Assembly (NCBI RefSeq): GCF_006345805.1 | Contig: NC_043001.1 | Span: forward strand, 21,638,001-21,702,000 | From: Octopus sinensis | Lineage: Eukaryota | Direction: 5' to 3' | Length of the DNA: 64,000 nt | Part shown: piece by piece, positions 22,505-35,711 of the stretch | Layout of the letters: every line of letters begins with the position of its first letter | How positions within the stretch are numbered: position 1 is the stretch's first letter | Translations under genes and position numbers: made by a program | The notes under the pieces: model-generated | Database searches by the model: none | Seen by the model: the letters and a program-made list of their open reading frames with translations, nothing else | Told to the model about the DNA's origin: nothing

Positions 22505-23431
22505 ATGATGTTGTACGAGGACTGCAGCTCTTCGGGGCTATCTTCCTCGGAAGGTGAACTTATAAAATGTGTTAAAGAAATGGACAAGAAAATGGAAGAG
22601 AAAAAAACTTTTACAAAAGTTGCGGAGGTACAGAATAAGGATGTGGATTTAACGAAGTTAAAGAGTTACAAGAAGATGTCAAATAGAGATGGTGGCGACG
22701 TAAAGTTGTCCCCTCTTCAAGGAGTCATGAAAGTTAAGAACGAAAAAAAGATTATCTACAAAGTTTATTCAACAGAAGCGAAGAAAATTGAAATTATGTC
22801 AAGAGATAATATAGAAAGGCTTTGAAGCTAATCTGGCAATATATTACATATCTTGCCAGGGGAAGTAAATTAGGTACAATAGAGGTTCGACTCAAAGAGG
22901 CAGCCAAGGCAAGACAGTACTCGGCAATTCCTTTAAGAACTGATAGTGTGGTACTTCTACCCACATACCGTGGAAGACGAGCTTCCAGGATTAGGGTAGA
23001 GGCGATTCCACCCGAAATTGATGTGGCCTAGGTGGCGGCTGCTGTACTTCTCGGCAACGAGGATGAAATAGCAGTCCTCCAGGCCACTATGATTGAGAAT
23101 ACAAATTGGAGAGGACAAACGTTAGATATGATCATTCAGGGATCACAAGAAAACTTGGAAAGTATGACAGAGACAGTTACAATTGAGGACACGGTGGGGG
23201 GCAGAATCCCTCGATGCTTTAAATGTGGCCTGAATGGTCATTTTCAGAGCGGACTGCCCTTCATCAACAAAGGGAACCAAAGAGGAACCCAGGGAACCAG
23301 CGAAAGCGGAGGAGGATTTACAATCAGAAGAAATGAAGGAGAATGACGAGATGTGGAAGACAGTGAAAAGCAGGAACAAAAGGAAAAGGCAACCCCAACC
23401 CGAGCTACGTACCCAGTCAAGTAACCGGTGA
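22505..23431 (+). pseudogene. Diverged, disrupted paralog of the ORF1/Gag-like protein
   Basis: Collinear motifs: VDLTKLKSYKK ~ VDLAKLPSYQK; YLARGSKLGT ~ FLTRGSKYGT; LLPTYRGRRASRIRVEAIPP ~ LLPTYLNRRITRVRMEGVPP; PRCFKCGLNGH(F)RADCP. Contains stops and frameshifts. Confidence 0.85.
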
Positions 23432-23512
23432 TCCTTCGGAAGAACCCCTTTTCGGATGTTTGTATACGGAATCATAACCTTTTAGTTATTACCCACCATT
23501 CATGAACTCATG

Positions 23513-24285
23513 AGAGAATGGGCACAAAAACCGAGCTGAAGATGGCGAGTTTGGTTTTCCTACCAACCTCTCCTCTAAGGATTGAATATTGGAGCTGGTG
23601 CATTACTGTGCTAGCACCTGCAATTCTGACACCCAATTCAGCCTCCTGTCTTCCATCTCCCCTGAATACGGGCCCGAGATACTTGATCTTTCTTACTTGT
23701 CTAAGGGATGTCCTACAGGCATGCAGAGTACATTAGAAAGACTTTCTTGAGAGGAATAATGTCTCCGTCTTCGCAACGCTAATTCTTATCACTGCCTTGC
23801 ATCACTCGACAGCAAACCCATTCAGTGCATGCTGAAGATAACCTGCCGACGAACCAAGAAGCGCCATGTCGTCTGCAAATATCAGCCGACCGATCCTGCA
23901 TTTATCGGTTGTAAGGCGGCGAGCTGGCAGAAACGTAAGCACGCCGGGCGAAATGCTTTGCGGTATTTCGTCTGCCGTTACGTTCTGAGTTCAAATTCCG
24001 CCGAGGTCGACTTTGCCTTTCATCCTTTCGGGGTCGATAAATTAAGTACCAGTTACGCACTGGGGCGATATAATCGACTTGATCCGTTTGTCTGTCCTTG
24101 TTTGTCCCTTCTGTGTTTAGCCCCTTGTATGTAGTAAAGATATAGGTTGTAATACCCCTTCCATACCGACTGCGTGTATCAATCCAGTTCATAAAAATTA
24201 TGAAAAGGAGAAGTAACAATGCACACCCCTACCGAAGCCCAACACCCACATTGAAAGCTTTCAGCTTTTAACATTGCCTGCATTG
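23513..24285 (-). mobile_element. RTE-group LINE reverse-transcriptase fragment split by a SINE
   Basis: FNVGVGLR*G...LFIIFMNWI | RLIFADDMALL...KYLG...KTKLAIFSSVFVPIL across frameshifts and stops. Confidence 0.8.
23915..24144 (+). mobile_element. SINE family A monomer
   Basis: TSD ggttgtaa at 23907-23914 and 24145-24152. Confidence 0.9.
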
Positions 24286-24619
24286 CTGCCTACATGAGGG
24301 CGGTGAGCTAGCAAAATTGTTAGCGAAAAGGGGAAAATACTTAACGACATTTCTCCAGTTCTTTACGTTTTGAGTTCAAATTCTCCTGAGGTCAACTTTA
24401 TCTGTCATCCTTTTGGGGGGGTCGAGAAAGTACCAGCTGAAAGCTTGGGTTAATGTAGTCAATTTATCTCCTCCTGTAAAACTGCTGACCTTGTACCAAA
24501 ATTTAAAAGCTTATTACTGCCACCGCACCACACAGTCTTACAGTCTATCATTCATACACACAAGCACACACCTACACGCTCGATCACTCCCTCTCCTCTC
24601 TCTCTCTCCCTCTCTCTCC

Positions 24620-24662
<43 letters not shown>

Positions 24663-25209
24663 AAGAAGTAAAAAAGGTTTAATGGAAAACAAAAGAGATC
24701 AATACAACTAAACAAATATTACTAAATCAATGGTGGAAACTCGGAAACAAATAAAACTGCACCATTTTCCCCTTCTTTTTTCCCGTCATTCCTTGATTTA
24801 ATTCTATTTTAAAATTTTTTTAAAAAATTTGTAATATTTTCTGTAATATTTTATTTTGTGATATTTTGTAATATTTTATCCCCTTTTTAAAGTACTCTTT
24901 TTTACTTTATTCTATGTTGTTTTCTTCAAACGGGTATGTCCTGAAAGACACCGTTCCTCTTCAGAGCTCGATAATCACATAGCATTTCTGTCCAGCTCCA
25001 ACAGCACACTTGTCTCTATTTCTCTTGTCGCCTATACCATGTCTCACCTTACCGGATACTACACTAATTGCCTTGCAATGCCTTCTTTAATACCCTTCCC
25101 AACCATGCTTTTCCTGCAGTCATTGGCTTAAATATGTTCAAACTGAACATCCACTGCATCAGTTTCACTAGACTCGGAGGCTTACGGAGGTCATGCGGGC
25201 TGCCCTGTT

Positions 25210-25467
25210 CTTTTCTCTCTTTTCTCTTTTCACTTGTTTCGGTCATTTGACTGTGGCCATGCTGGAGCACCGCCTTTAGTCGAGCACATCGACCCCAGGA
25301 CTTATTCTTTGTAAGCCTAGTACTTATTCTATCGGTCTCTTTTGCCGAACCGCTAAGTAACGGGAACGTAAACATACCACCATCGGTTGTCAAGCGATGT
25401 TGGGGGGACAAACACAAATACATAAACACTCACACACATACATATATATATATATATAATATATATA

Positions 25468-25505
<38 letters not shown>

Positions 25506-25593
25506 AATACCGGTAGAATAATTTACTAACAACCCGAGGCAGCGCCGGCATTCTCTCAACGATTTAGCCGGAGATGATTATATATATATATGG

Positions 25594-25679
<86 letters not shown>

Positions 25680-25846
25680 TACGACGGGCTTCTTTCAGTT
25701 TCCGGCTACCAAATCCACTCACAAAGCTTTGGTTGGCCCGAGGCTATAGTAGGAGACACTTGCCCAAGGTGCCACGCAGTGGGACTGAACCCGGAACCAT
25801 GAGGTTGGTAAGCAAGCTACTTACCACACAGCCACTCCTGCGCCTA
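25210..25846 (-). mobile_element. SINE family B with expanded (TA)n holding an 81-bp foreign insert
   Basis: Tail 25210-25430 and head 25680-25846 match other copies. Confidence 0.85.
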
Positions 25847-26299
25847 TTCTAATTATTAAAACAAAATATTTTGTAAATGCCTGATTTTTTATGTCTGTTC
25901 TAGATAAGTTCTTAAAAATGCTAACAGCGATTACAGAATCATTATAACAGAGTAGAGAGATACAAGCTTTTAACAGTAATATCAGCACAAATGAAAATGA
26001 TAGCTACTGCTAAACAACTGGAAAATCTATAGACTTACTGTCTCAACTAACTCAACCTCTAAGCGCTTAACTTCAGATGACTTCACACAATGTCATGTCA
26101 CATTGTTATCAAAAAGTTATGGGTAAAATTACAAAATACGCTGAAGATCCAATGTTATGAAGTTTCGAAACAGATTAAATTTATAAATTTCAGTTACTCT
26201 TACAGAAGGTCTACTCACCTTTAATCCTGTTAAAAGAAAAAATGAGCGATTAGAAGTAAGGTAGAAGAGGCTGTATTTAGGATTAGTATCAAAACGATA

Positions 26300-27035
26300 G
26301 TTCTTTTGCACGCAGGCGTTGCTTTTCGATCTAATGTCGTCTGCATTTTGGGGTTTTTGTTTTTTAGTCTTGTCTCGTGAAACAATTCACTGTGACCACA
26401 TATCATGTCCAGAGCAATTCTCTTTGTCTTGCAACTGCCCGCCCAGTCATGGTCATTCCAAAGAAATGTCAGTGATGTTGTCACAGAGAATTTCAATTTT
26501 AACGGTTCTTTCTTAACTCCTTGGCCTAACACCTGCAGCTCATAAACTGATAATCTCTTAACAAGAGATTATACTAACTCTTCAAAATCTTTACATTCTC
26601 CCCACCCCACCCCGCCCCACCTCATCCTACAATGGCCAGCTCATTGACTTCCTTGGTGACTCTGATATTATTTGCATGCTTCTGACTAGAGCTTCTACAC
26701 TCTCTTCATGCCGTTCTTGATTTCTCCATCAAAGACTGTTTTGATATTATCTCTGCCCTTTGTAGCATAGCAACCCTTGAGAAATTGCTTATTTTGGCCA
26801 CCTATTTTTTCATGTTGTTTGAAGGTGCAAGGTAAGTAATAGTCTTTGAGTCTAGAAATGACATTCTCATTGATTGGATGTAGTAGGGAAGAGGCATTTG
26901 ATGGTTCGTGAAAAATTTCGACAGGAATGCATGTCTTGGAGGGTATAAAAGTTCTGGTGACATAGAGTATTATCATTCACCATTAATTCCTGGGGCTCAA
27001 GGTTATGTTCTTTGCAATATCTTTTCACTATTACA
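26300..27035 (-). mobile_element. pogo/Tigger transposase remnant
   Basis: KRYCKEHNL...VNDN and SSLLHPINENVISRLKDYYL..TF resemble the pogo DDE motif LLQPMDQGVI..FKAYY. Confidence 0.55.
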
Positions 27036-27056
27036 TAGATAGATAGATACATACAT

Positions 27057-27117
<61 letters not shown>

Positions 27118-27149
27118 TATATTTGTATATCAATATTTGTGAACATTAA

Positions 27150-27407
27150 GGCGGCGAGCTGGCAGAAACGTTAGCACGTCGGGCGAAATGCTTAGCGGTA
27201 TTTCGTCTGCTGTTACGTTCTGAGATCAAATTCCGCCGAGGTCGACTTCGCCTTTCATCCTTTCGGGGTCGATAAATTAAGTACCAGTTACGCACTGGAG
27301 TCGATATAATCGACTTAATCCGTTCGTCTGTCCTTGTTTGTCCTCTCTGTGTTTAGCCCCTCGTGGGTAGTAAAGAAATAGGTATTTCATCTGCCGCTAC
27401 GTTCTGA
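27150..27407 (+). mobile_element. SINE family A plus the start of a second body
   Basis: Junction aaagaaata|ggtatttcatctgccgctacg at 27381. Confidence 0.85.
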
Positions 27408-27944
27408 AGAAAACCATAATTAACTGATCCTCCTGTATTTTCTTTTACTCAAAGCCAAGAACTTTTCAGCAACCCCTTGTAGGTGTGTGAATCCTAATAT
27501 CTTACTTACAGTTGTTATAACCGTTTCAAATTTTGGCACAAGGCCAGCAATTTTAGGGGTGAGGATAATTCGATTACATCGACTTCAGTGTTCAACTGAT
27601 ATTTATATCAACGATCCCCGAAATGATGAAAAGCAAGGTCGAAAACGGCGGGATTTGAACTCAGAACGTAAAGACGGACGAGATGCCGTTAAGCATTTTG
27701 TTCGGCGTGCTAACGATTCAGCCACCACACCGACTTATTTATAGTTCTTATTATAATTTAGTGACGTCTCACTGGAAATATCAACTCCTGGAGAAACGAT
27801 CGTTATAGCGAATCAGCGCTAAACGGGGTAGCGCTAATCGAAGTATTACTGTAAACAGCAACGCTTCGATTAGTACAAATAATCAATCCGATAAAGGCCT
27901 TGCAGACATTGAATTTGTTTTGTTGCAAGTTATTATAAAACATT

Positions 27945-28330
27945 GTGGAGGCGCAATGGCCCAGTGGTTAGGGCAGCGGACTCGCGGTCATAGGATCGCG
28001 GTTTCGATTCCCAGACCGGGCGTTGTGAGTGTTTATTGAGCGAAAACACCTAAAAGCTCCACCAGGCTCCGGCAGGGGATGGTGGTGATCCCTGCTGTAC
28101 TCTTTCACCACAACTTTCTCTCACTCTTACTTCCTGTTTCTGTTGTGCCTGTATTTCAAGGGGCCGGCCTTGTCACTCTCTGTGTCACGCTGAATATCCC
28201 CGAGAACTACGTTAAGGGTGCACGTGTCTGTGGAGTGCTCAGCCACTTACACGTTAATTTCACGAGCAGGCTGTTCCGTTGATTCGGATCAACCGGAACC
28301 CTCGTCGTCGTAACCGACGGAGTGCTTCCA
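27945..28330 (+). mobile_element. tRNA-SINE family C with alternative tail
   Basis: A-box tggcccagtgg and B-box gtttcgattcc; near-identical inverted copy at 40331-40713. Confidence 0.85.
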
Positions 28331-28909
28331 TTATAAAACATTACATTATGGTAATTGGTTCAAACTCAATAAAATAAGCAATAAAAATTGTAAGACACAG
28401 TTTTCAAGTAATTAAACACCAAAAGACACGAGTAATGTATTTATTGTGTAATTCATTTTAAATATTAGTTTAAACTACATAATAAAGTATATTTTATTTT
28501 GGAAATTTAATTCTTAAAATTTGCAAATTTTATGAGCCAGCATTTGTATTAAATGTCTCTTTAGAACTGGTTCGATAATCATTATTTTTCACAGATATAC
28601 ATACATCAAAGCTTTAGAAGCAATACTTTTACTTCTTGGAGTTGTTTGTAAACCACACACAAAAAAAAAACTGGTTCTAATTTACCACTTACTTTTATTT
28701 CAGGTGTGAAAATGCGTGGCCTAGTGATTAAGGTGTTGCATTCACGCTTGCAAGCTCACGGTTTCGATTCCGGGAGAGGGCGGTGAGTTGCGCTCTTCTG
28801 CCACGTTGCTTCGGTCTATTCAGCTACAAAAGGAGATATGTTGAGATTTTGGTCCCTTGTATACCATGGAAAGTAGGTAACCAGCATAGGATTTTGAGAC
28901 AATACTTCA

Positions 28910-28949
<40 letters not shown>

Positions 28950-29079
28950 CAGTTACAAATGAAAACTGGAATTCCGTTGGTTATGACGACCAGGGTTCCG
29001 GTTGATCCGAGCAACGAAACTGCTTGCTCGTGAAATTAATGTACAAGTAGCTGAGTACTCCATAGACAATGCAGTTACC

Positions 29080-29358
29080 CAGTGGATTTAGTAGACGGAA
29101 ACTGAAGGAAGCCTGTCGTATATATATATATATATATATATATATTAGTTGATGTGTCTGTTTGTCCCCCCACCATCGCCTGACAACCGATGCTGGTTTG
29201 TTTACATCCTCGTAACTTAGCGGTTCGGCAAAAGTGACCGATAGAATAAGTACTAGGCTTACAAAGAATAAGTCCTGGAGTCGAGTTGTTCGACTAAAGG
29301 CGGTGCTCCAGCATGGCCGCAGTCAAATGACTGAAGCAAATAAAAGAATAAAAGAATA
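29080..29358 (+). mobile_element. SINE family B, 5'-truncated
   Basis: Matches the body and tail of family B. Confidence 0.8.
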
Positions 29359-29395
29359 CTTCTGTGCTATTTCCATTTTGCCGTAACCTTTGATT

Positions 29396-29740
29396 TCTAT
29401 AGATTCCTAACTACTCCCACATTTTGCGGTGCAGTTTAACCAAAACCGTGTATCTTATAGTCGTGATTCATATCGAGCCCTTCTGGGTATTAGCGCGCGT
29501 CTACGATTTAAAAAAAGTTTACCATCAATTTTTCCCATTTTTTAATGCATTTTTGGCATATATAAGGGAAGTAACTCTCTAAAAATTTATTATTAAATCT
29601 CAGAACGTAAAAAGCTACAGTAACACCCCCCCCCCTTTGTGGTTAGCCATATTGAGATGGCTATTATACTTTACATCTCTAAAAATGCTTATATAGTTAT
29701 TTCCCTTACAAACCCGAGCAATGCCGGGCGATACTGCTAG
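29396..29740 (+). mobile_element. Non-autonomous Helitron (family H2)
   Basis: 3' hairpin cccgagcaatgccggg, then CTAG (29737-29740) followed by T; homologous to the minus-strand copies at 53080-53946. Confidence 0.75.
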
Positions 29741-29795
29741 TTATACATATAGAAAGAGAGAGGCAATTATGCGGATGATCAAATTAAGTATATCT

Positions 29796-30005
29796 TATTT
29801 CTTTATTGCCCACAAGGGGCTACACACAGAGGGGACAAACAAGGACAGACAAAGGGATTATGTCGATTACATCGACCCCAGTGCGTAACTGGTACTTAAT
29901 TTATCGACCCCGAAAGGATGAAAGACAAAGTTGACCTCGGTGGAATTTGAACTCAGAACGTAAAGACACAAAATACCACTAAGCATCTCGCCCACCTCGC
30001 CGCCT
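29796..30005 (-). mobile_element. SINE family A
   Basis: Matches the family consensus; attaagtat repeated in both flanks. Confidence 0.8.
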
Positions 30006-30242
30006 TATATTAAGTATGCCTAATTTGTTTGTCTACATAGTTGCCTCCATATCTGCTCACCTGGATTCCTTGTATAGCCACTCTTTACCCCACGAGATTG
30101 GTTCCTCGTAAAGACTTCGGAGTCTAAGTTCGAATCATTTGAACGCTAATAAGTGTTTCTATACCGAGAATCTCCGGATTTCATCTGTGAACTATATATG
30201 TGTGGTATGTGTGTGTGTGTGTGTGTGTTGTATGTATGTATG

Positions 30243-30289
<47 letters not shown>

Positions 30290-30451
30290 TTTTATTTGCT
30301 TCAGTCATTTGACTACGGCCGTGCTGGAGCACCGCCTTGGAGTGTCTTTCGCGAAGCGCTAAGTTAAGGGGGCGTAGACGCACCAACAACCCCGGTTGTC
30401 AAGCGATGACGGAGGAACAAATACACACACACGTACATACATACACACCCA

Positions 30452-30484
<33 letters not shown>

Positions 30485-30573
30485 ACACACCACACACACA
30501 CACACACACAACACACACATATATATATCTATATATATATATATATATATAGATATATATATATATATATATA

Positions 30574-31627
30574 AATGGCCCTCTCAGACATGCCCTCAGC
30601 CACGCAGAGAGCCACGATCACAAGTTATGCAGATGATACAAAAGTTTCACAGGCAATACAGAACCTGAGGACAATAAACGCCTGCAATGTGAGCTGGACA
30701 AAATATACAAGTGGGCTGAAAAGAATAGCATGCAGTTCAATGCTGAAAAGTTTCAAGCTTTATACTATCAGCATGCAAAACTAAATGCAATACCCAATGA
30801 ATACACTGGACCCGGAGGAATTGCAATCCCAGAGGCACAATCAGTGCGTGACCTGGGTATTTACATGAGTGATGACGCAACCTTTCGTGTACATGTTGCT
30901 AAATTGGCAATGAAATGTAGACGACTGGCCGGATGGATTCTCAGAACCTTTAGAACAAGAGAACAAGAAACCATGATGGTCCTCTGGAGGACACTTGTCC
31001 TAAGCCACTTTGACTATTGCTCTCAGCTATGGTCACCATCCAATGTCAAGTTGATCACAGAACTTGAGGCGATCCAACGTAGCTACACGAAGAAGATAGC
31101 CTCTATGCAGAATATAAGCTACTGGGAAAGACTCAAGAGATTAAAACTCTATTCCTTGGAGCGTAGGCGAGAAAGATATGCTATAATATACATCTGGAAG
31201 ATCCTGGAGGGACTTGTCCCAAACTTTGGCATCGAGAGTTACACAAATGCCAGAACTGGGCGCCACTGCGTGGTGCCTAGGACTCCAAATTTGCCATCAA
31301 GATGTAGGACAGATACTGTGATAGCCTGGGCTTCCGAGGCCCACAGCTCTTCAATATCCTCCGAAGAACCTAAGGGACCTGCATGGGGTGGATGCAGATG
31401 TCTTTTAAATGAAACTGGATCTCTTCTTGTCAGGTATCCCAGATGAACCAACTTCACGGCAGGAGGTGCAGATGAGGACAGCTGCATCGAACTCTCTCAT
31501 GCACCAAATGGCAGTTGCTAAAAAGCATTCGTGAAGTAAAACCATGTAGCAACACCAAATGGCGGTGCCCCAGCATGGCCACAGCTCATGAGCTGAAACT
31601 AGAATCAATCAATCAATCAATCAATCA
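30574..31627 (+). mobile_element. 5'-truncated CR1/L2-group LINE (RT C-terminal half), frameshifted
   Basis: SYADDTKV...MQFNAEK...VRDLGI...HFDYCSQLWSP...YWERLKRLKLYSLERRRER; (AATC)n tail. Confidence 0.9.
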
Positions 31628-31629
31628 TA

Positions 31630-32030
31630 TGTAAATGTAAAAAAATACAAAATGGGACAAGAACGTGAAACATTTAGAAGACGATACAAAAAACACTGAC
31701 GGGACATTCGAAGCCTTCAATCTTCAGTCAAGAACCGGATCATCTTCGCAATTTTGGCTGATTAATCTTGAGATTGCTCCGATCTGGCCAGCTCCAAAGG
31801 AAAATCTAAGCCAAGCGCAATAGATTCCTTGGAAGAAAGCCTCGAATGTATACAAAACAAGGACGGAAAAACGGACGATGTTACACGAGTAAAAATACAA
31901 AAATACGTAAAAACAATAATGATAATAATAATAACAACAAAAACAGGACATCACAGACAAGCGTCTTTTCGACAGGACGAGTAAATTTTTGAGCTGGCGT
32001 TAGAAAAAAGCCTTAGGGCTACAGAGAGAC
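31630..32030 (-). repeat. Dispersed element homologous to 49260-49485; probably Penelope-associated
   Basis: Shared blocks gtatacattcg..gctttcttcc.aggaatcta and gctggccagat.ggagcaa; decayed ctgaaga...cttcgaa motif near 31700-31730. Confidence 0.55.
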
Positions 32031-32659
32031 AACAAAGTGTGTCTTGCCGACGGGCTTCTTTCAGTTTTTGTCAACCAAATCCACTCACAAGGCTTTGGTC
32101 GGCCCGAAAACACTTGCCCGAGGTGCCACGCAGTGGGACTGAACTCTGAACCATGTGGTTAGGAAGTAAGCTTGTTACCATACAGTCACGCCTACATGCA
32201 CACACAAACACCTATACGTTATACTTCAACAGATAAGAAGATGAAACAAGAATTACATGTAGATTTTTTAAATATATAACTAGCGAGAATTTTTTTTAAT
32301 TAACATTAAAATATAATTATTTTTATAAAATATAAATTACATAAATTTTTTTTTTTTAGAATTAAGATAAAAGTATAAATAAAATAAAATGCAGTAAAAT
32401 AAAGTAAAAACAAAGATAAAAAATATCGGGAATTTCCACAAAGGATTAGAATATATTTGATACAAGGAAAAGAGTGGGTGCATAAATGAGTGAGACAGGT
32501 AGGTAGATATATGGACAGGTGGGTTGGTAATATACAGGTGAGTGGATAAGTAGATGGATAAGCCAAATGCATATACGAACAGGTTGGTAAATAGATAGGT
32601 GTGTATGCTTTTATCAAGAAGAAAGGGAGCGCCAATGATGACGCAGATGAGGGTGTTGG

Positions 32660-32890
32660 TAGCGGGCTGGCAGAAACGTTAGCACGCCGGGCGAAATGCG
32701 TGGCCGTATTTCGTCTGCCGTTACGTTCCGAGTTCAAATTCCGCCGAGGTCGACTTCGCCTTTCATCTTTTCGGGGTCGATAAATTAAGTACCAGTTACG
32801 CACTGGGGTCGATGTAATCGACTTAATCCGTTTATCTGTCCTTGTTTGTCCACTCTATGTTTAGCCCCTTGTGGGTAAATAAAGAAATAG
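32660..32890 (+). mobile_element. SINE family A monomer
   Basis: Matches the family consensus. Confidence 0.85.
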
Positions 32891-32959
32891 GTAATGAAGA
32901 TGGTTCTAGTGGGAGTGGTGGGTGCGTTGGAGGTAATGCTGCTTGCTGAGTAATAGTCG

Positions 32960-33262
32960 GCGGGTGGTGGTGGTGGTGGTGGTGAGGAGGAGGAGAAGGA
33001 GGAGGAGGAGAAGGAGGTGGTGGTGGTGGTGGTGGTGGAGGAGGAGGAAGAGGAGGAGGAGGATGGTTTGCGTGATATAGATGACAGTAATGGTTAGGTT
33101 ATTGGAGATGGGTTGATGATGAAGAGGACGGAGGTTGGTGTGGCTGGTGTAGTAATTAACATGGGAAAGACGAGGAGGAGGAGGAGGATGGTAATGACAA
33201 TATTATTGATGGTGACGATGGTACCAAGAGAAATGGTGGTGGTGGTGGTGGTGGTGGTGGTA
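32960..33262 (+). repeat. (GGT)n/(GGA)n G-rich simple repeats
   Basis: Directly visible. Confidence 0.9.
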
Positions 33263-33622
33263 GCGATTGTAGTGGTTGTATTAAAGATAAATAAAACAAT
33301 ACAGTAATAAAATCAAAAATTCTCTCAAAGATTCTAAGAGGATTGCGACACAGCTTGTCCACTGGGACAGCTCTGAACGTGGGTACCAATACACACGCAC
33401 GCGCGCACGCATACACACATACCTAGATGAATACATACATACATACATACATACATACATACATACATACATCTTTATAGATAAAATCTTTACATATATA
33501 TATATAATTTATTGATAAAAAATGGTAAGACAACAAAAGAATGAAAGAGACCTCGATATTATGGAAATAGAGGAATGTATCCGTAAATGTAATATGTGAC
33601 AATTATTCGATAGCCATGATGA

Positions 33623-33722
33623 NNNNNNNNNNNNNNNNNNNNNNNNNNNNNNNNNNNNNNNNNNNNNNNNNNNNNNNNNNNNNNNNNNNNNNNNNNNNNN
33701 NNNNNNNNNNNNNNNNNNNNNN
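33623..33722. other. Assembly gap (100 N)
   Basis: Run of n. Confidence 1.
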
Positions 33723-34356
33723 GGACTCATTACATTACACCACATCGTAATTGATTGCCACGTGGATTGATAACCAGTTCCAAATGAAGAGCCTACTGTG
33801 ATAGCCGCATGATTCTCTGAATCTACATTTCATACCACTATTTTATCAATATACAAATATATAAATATGTATGTATGTATGTATGCATGTATGTATGTAT
33901 GTATGTATGTATGTATGCATGTATGTATGTATGTATGTATGTATGTATGTATGTATGTATGTATGTATGTATGTATGTATGTCAAGTCGCTCTTGGGCGC
34001 TACTAGTAACATGTAAGCTCGAACAACCTGTTGCATGGCCGGGTCGTCGGCGTCTAAACTGGCAACCTCATCAAGCTTGCTTGATGAAGAGGGTGATCGT
34101 TGGACATCCTGCAGAACGAAAAATAAGACCTCTCATTGGGCGAAAGAGCTCATGAGCAGTCAACGGCCATCCAAGAATATGTGTACATGTGTATGTATGT
34201 ATGTATGTATGTATGTATGTATGTATGTATGTATGTATGTATGTATGTCAATTTCAAGATTTCTTGCCAATTCAGAAAAAACTGGTTTCTTACCTAGATC
34301 CAAGGTTCCTTCATTGGAATTTCAACATTAGCAACAAGGTGTTTTTGGTTGTATGA

Positions 34357-34822
<466 letters not shown>

Positions 34823-34999
34823 GAATGTATGTATGTGCAGATTTGTATGCATCGCATGCTGTTCTCTGGATATGATCAGAAATATAGGGTTCGAGTATAC
34901 AGGGGGGGCTAGAAAGAAATTAGATAACAATATACGTTATATACCAGTGGTACCTGCCTTAAATATAGAAACAAAGACTGGAATAGGATACAAAGAACT

Positions 35000-35560
35000 T
35001 GCGACAAAGCAAACATGGCGAACGCGTGGTATAAAACCGAAAATATCAAGGAGTGATGTTTGTAGAGGCCACATCCCATGGAGAACTAGCCCGTAGATTT
35101 AGGAAAGCTCTGAAGGAGACAAAACTCATCATTAACATTGTTGAAAAACCAGGGAACTCCGACAGATCACTACTATGTAGGACGAACCCCTTTGAGAATA
35201 CCATATGTACCAATGATAACTACATGGCATGTAGGATTAGCCCTAGCATTAACTGTAGAACTAAAAATATAGTTTACAGCATAAGATGCATAGAAGGTGC
35301 TTGTGAAGACATGAATATGACATACATAGGAGAGACATCTAGTAGCATTGCGGAACGACTAAATGAACATCTGAGACAATTTAACGACAAAAACAGTCCT
35401 CCACACTCTACCAACACGTCAAGGAACAACATGGAGGCAACCTGGGGCAACTTGACATCCACATCCTATCCAAGCGCCCAAAGGACCCAACACTCAGATA
35501 AATACGGGAACACGTCCTCATAAATGAAACTTCCCCAATACTAAATAGGAAATATACATA
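35000..35560 (+). mobile_element. Penelope-like (Neptune-type) linker and GIY-YIG endonuclease fragment
   Basis: FVEAT.HGELA...VEKPG...Cys-rich linker...CRTKNIVYSIRC...YIGETS.SIAERLNEH. Confidence 0.8.
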
Positions 35561-35680
35561 GTAGATATCATACACCCATACCCATAGTTTACACAGGTAG
35601 AGTACAATAATTAGTGGGCTGTTATGTAGATAGATGTATGTTCGGGTGTGTGTTTGTGTGTGTGTGAGTGTATATATATG

Positions 35681-35711
<31 letters not shown>

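Larger units (their letters stand above)
30288..32195 (-). mobile_element. SINE family B split into tail (30288-30430) and head (32048-32195) by nested insertions
   Basis: The two halves are collinear and in the same orientation around the internal microsatellite. Confidence 0.65.

Noticed and set aside
23907-23914. Strict GGT target preference for SINE-A
   Set aside because: TSDs at 6337 and 23907 start with ggt, but those at ~29.8 kb and 44.5 kb do not.
33983-34175. HDV-like ribozyme in an RTE 5' region
   Set aside because: A hairpin (tcatcaagc...gcttgatga) is visible, but I could not assign the nested double pseudoknot by eye.
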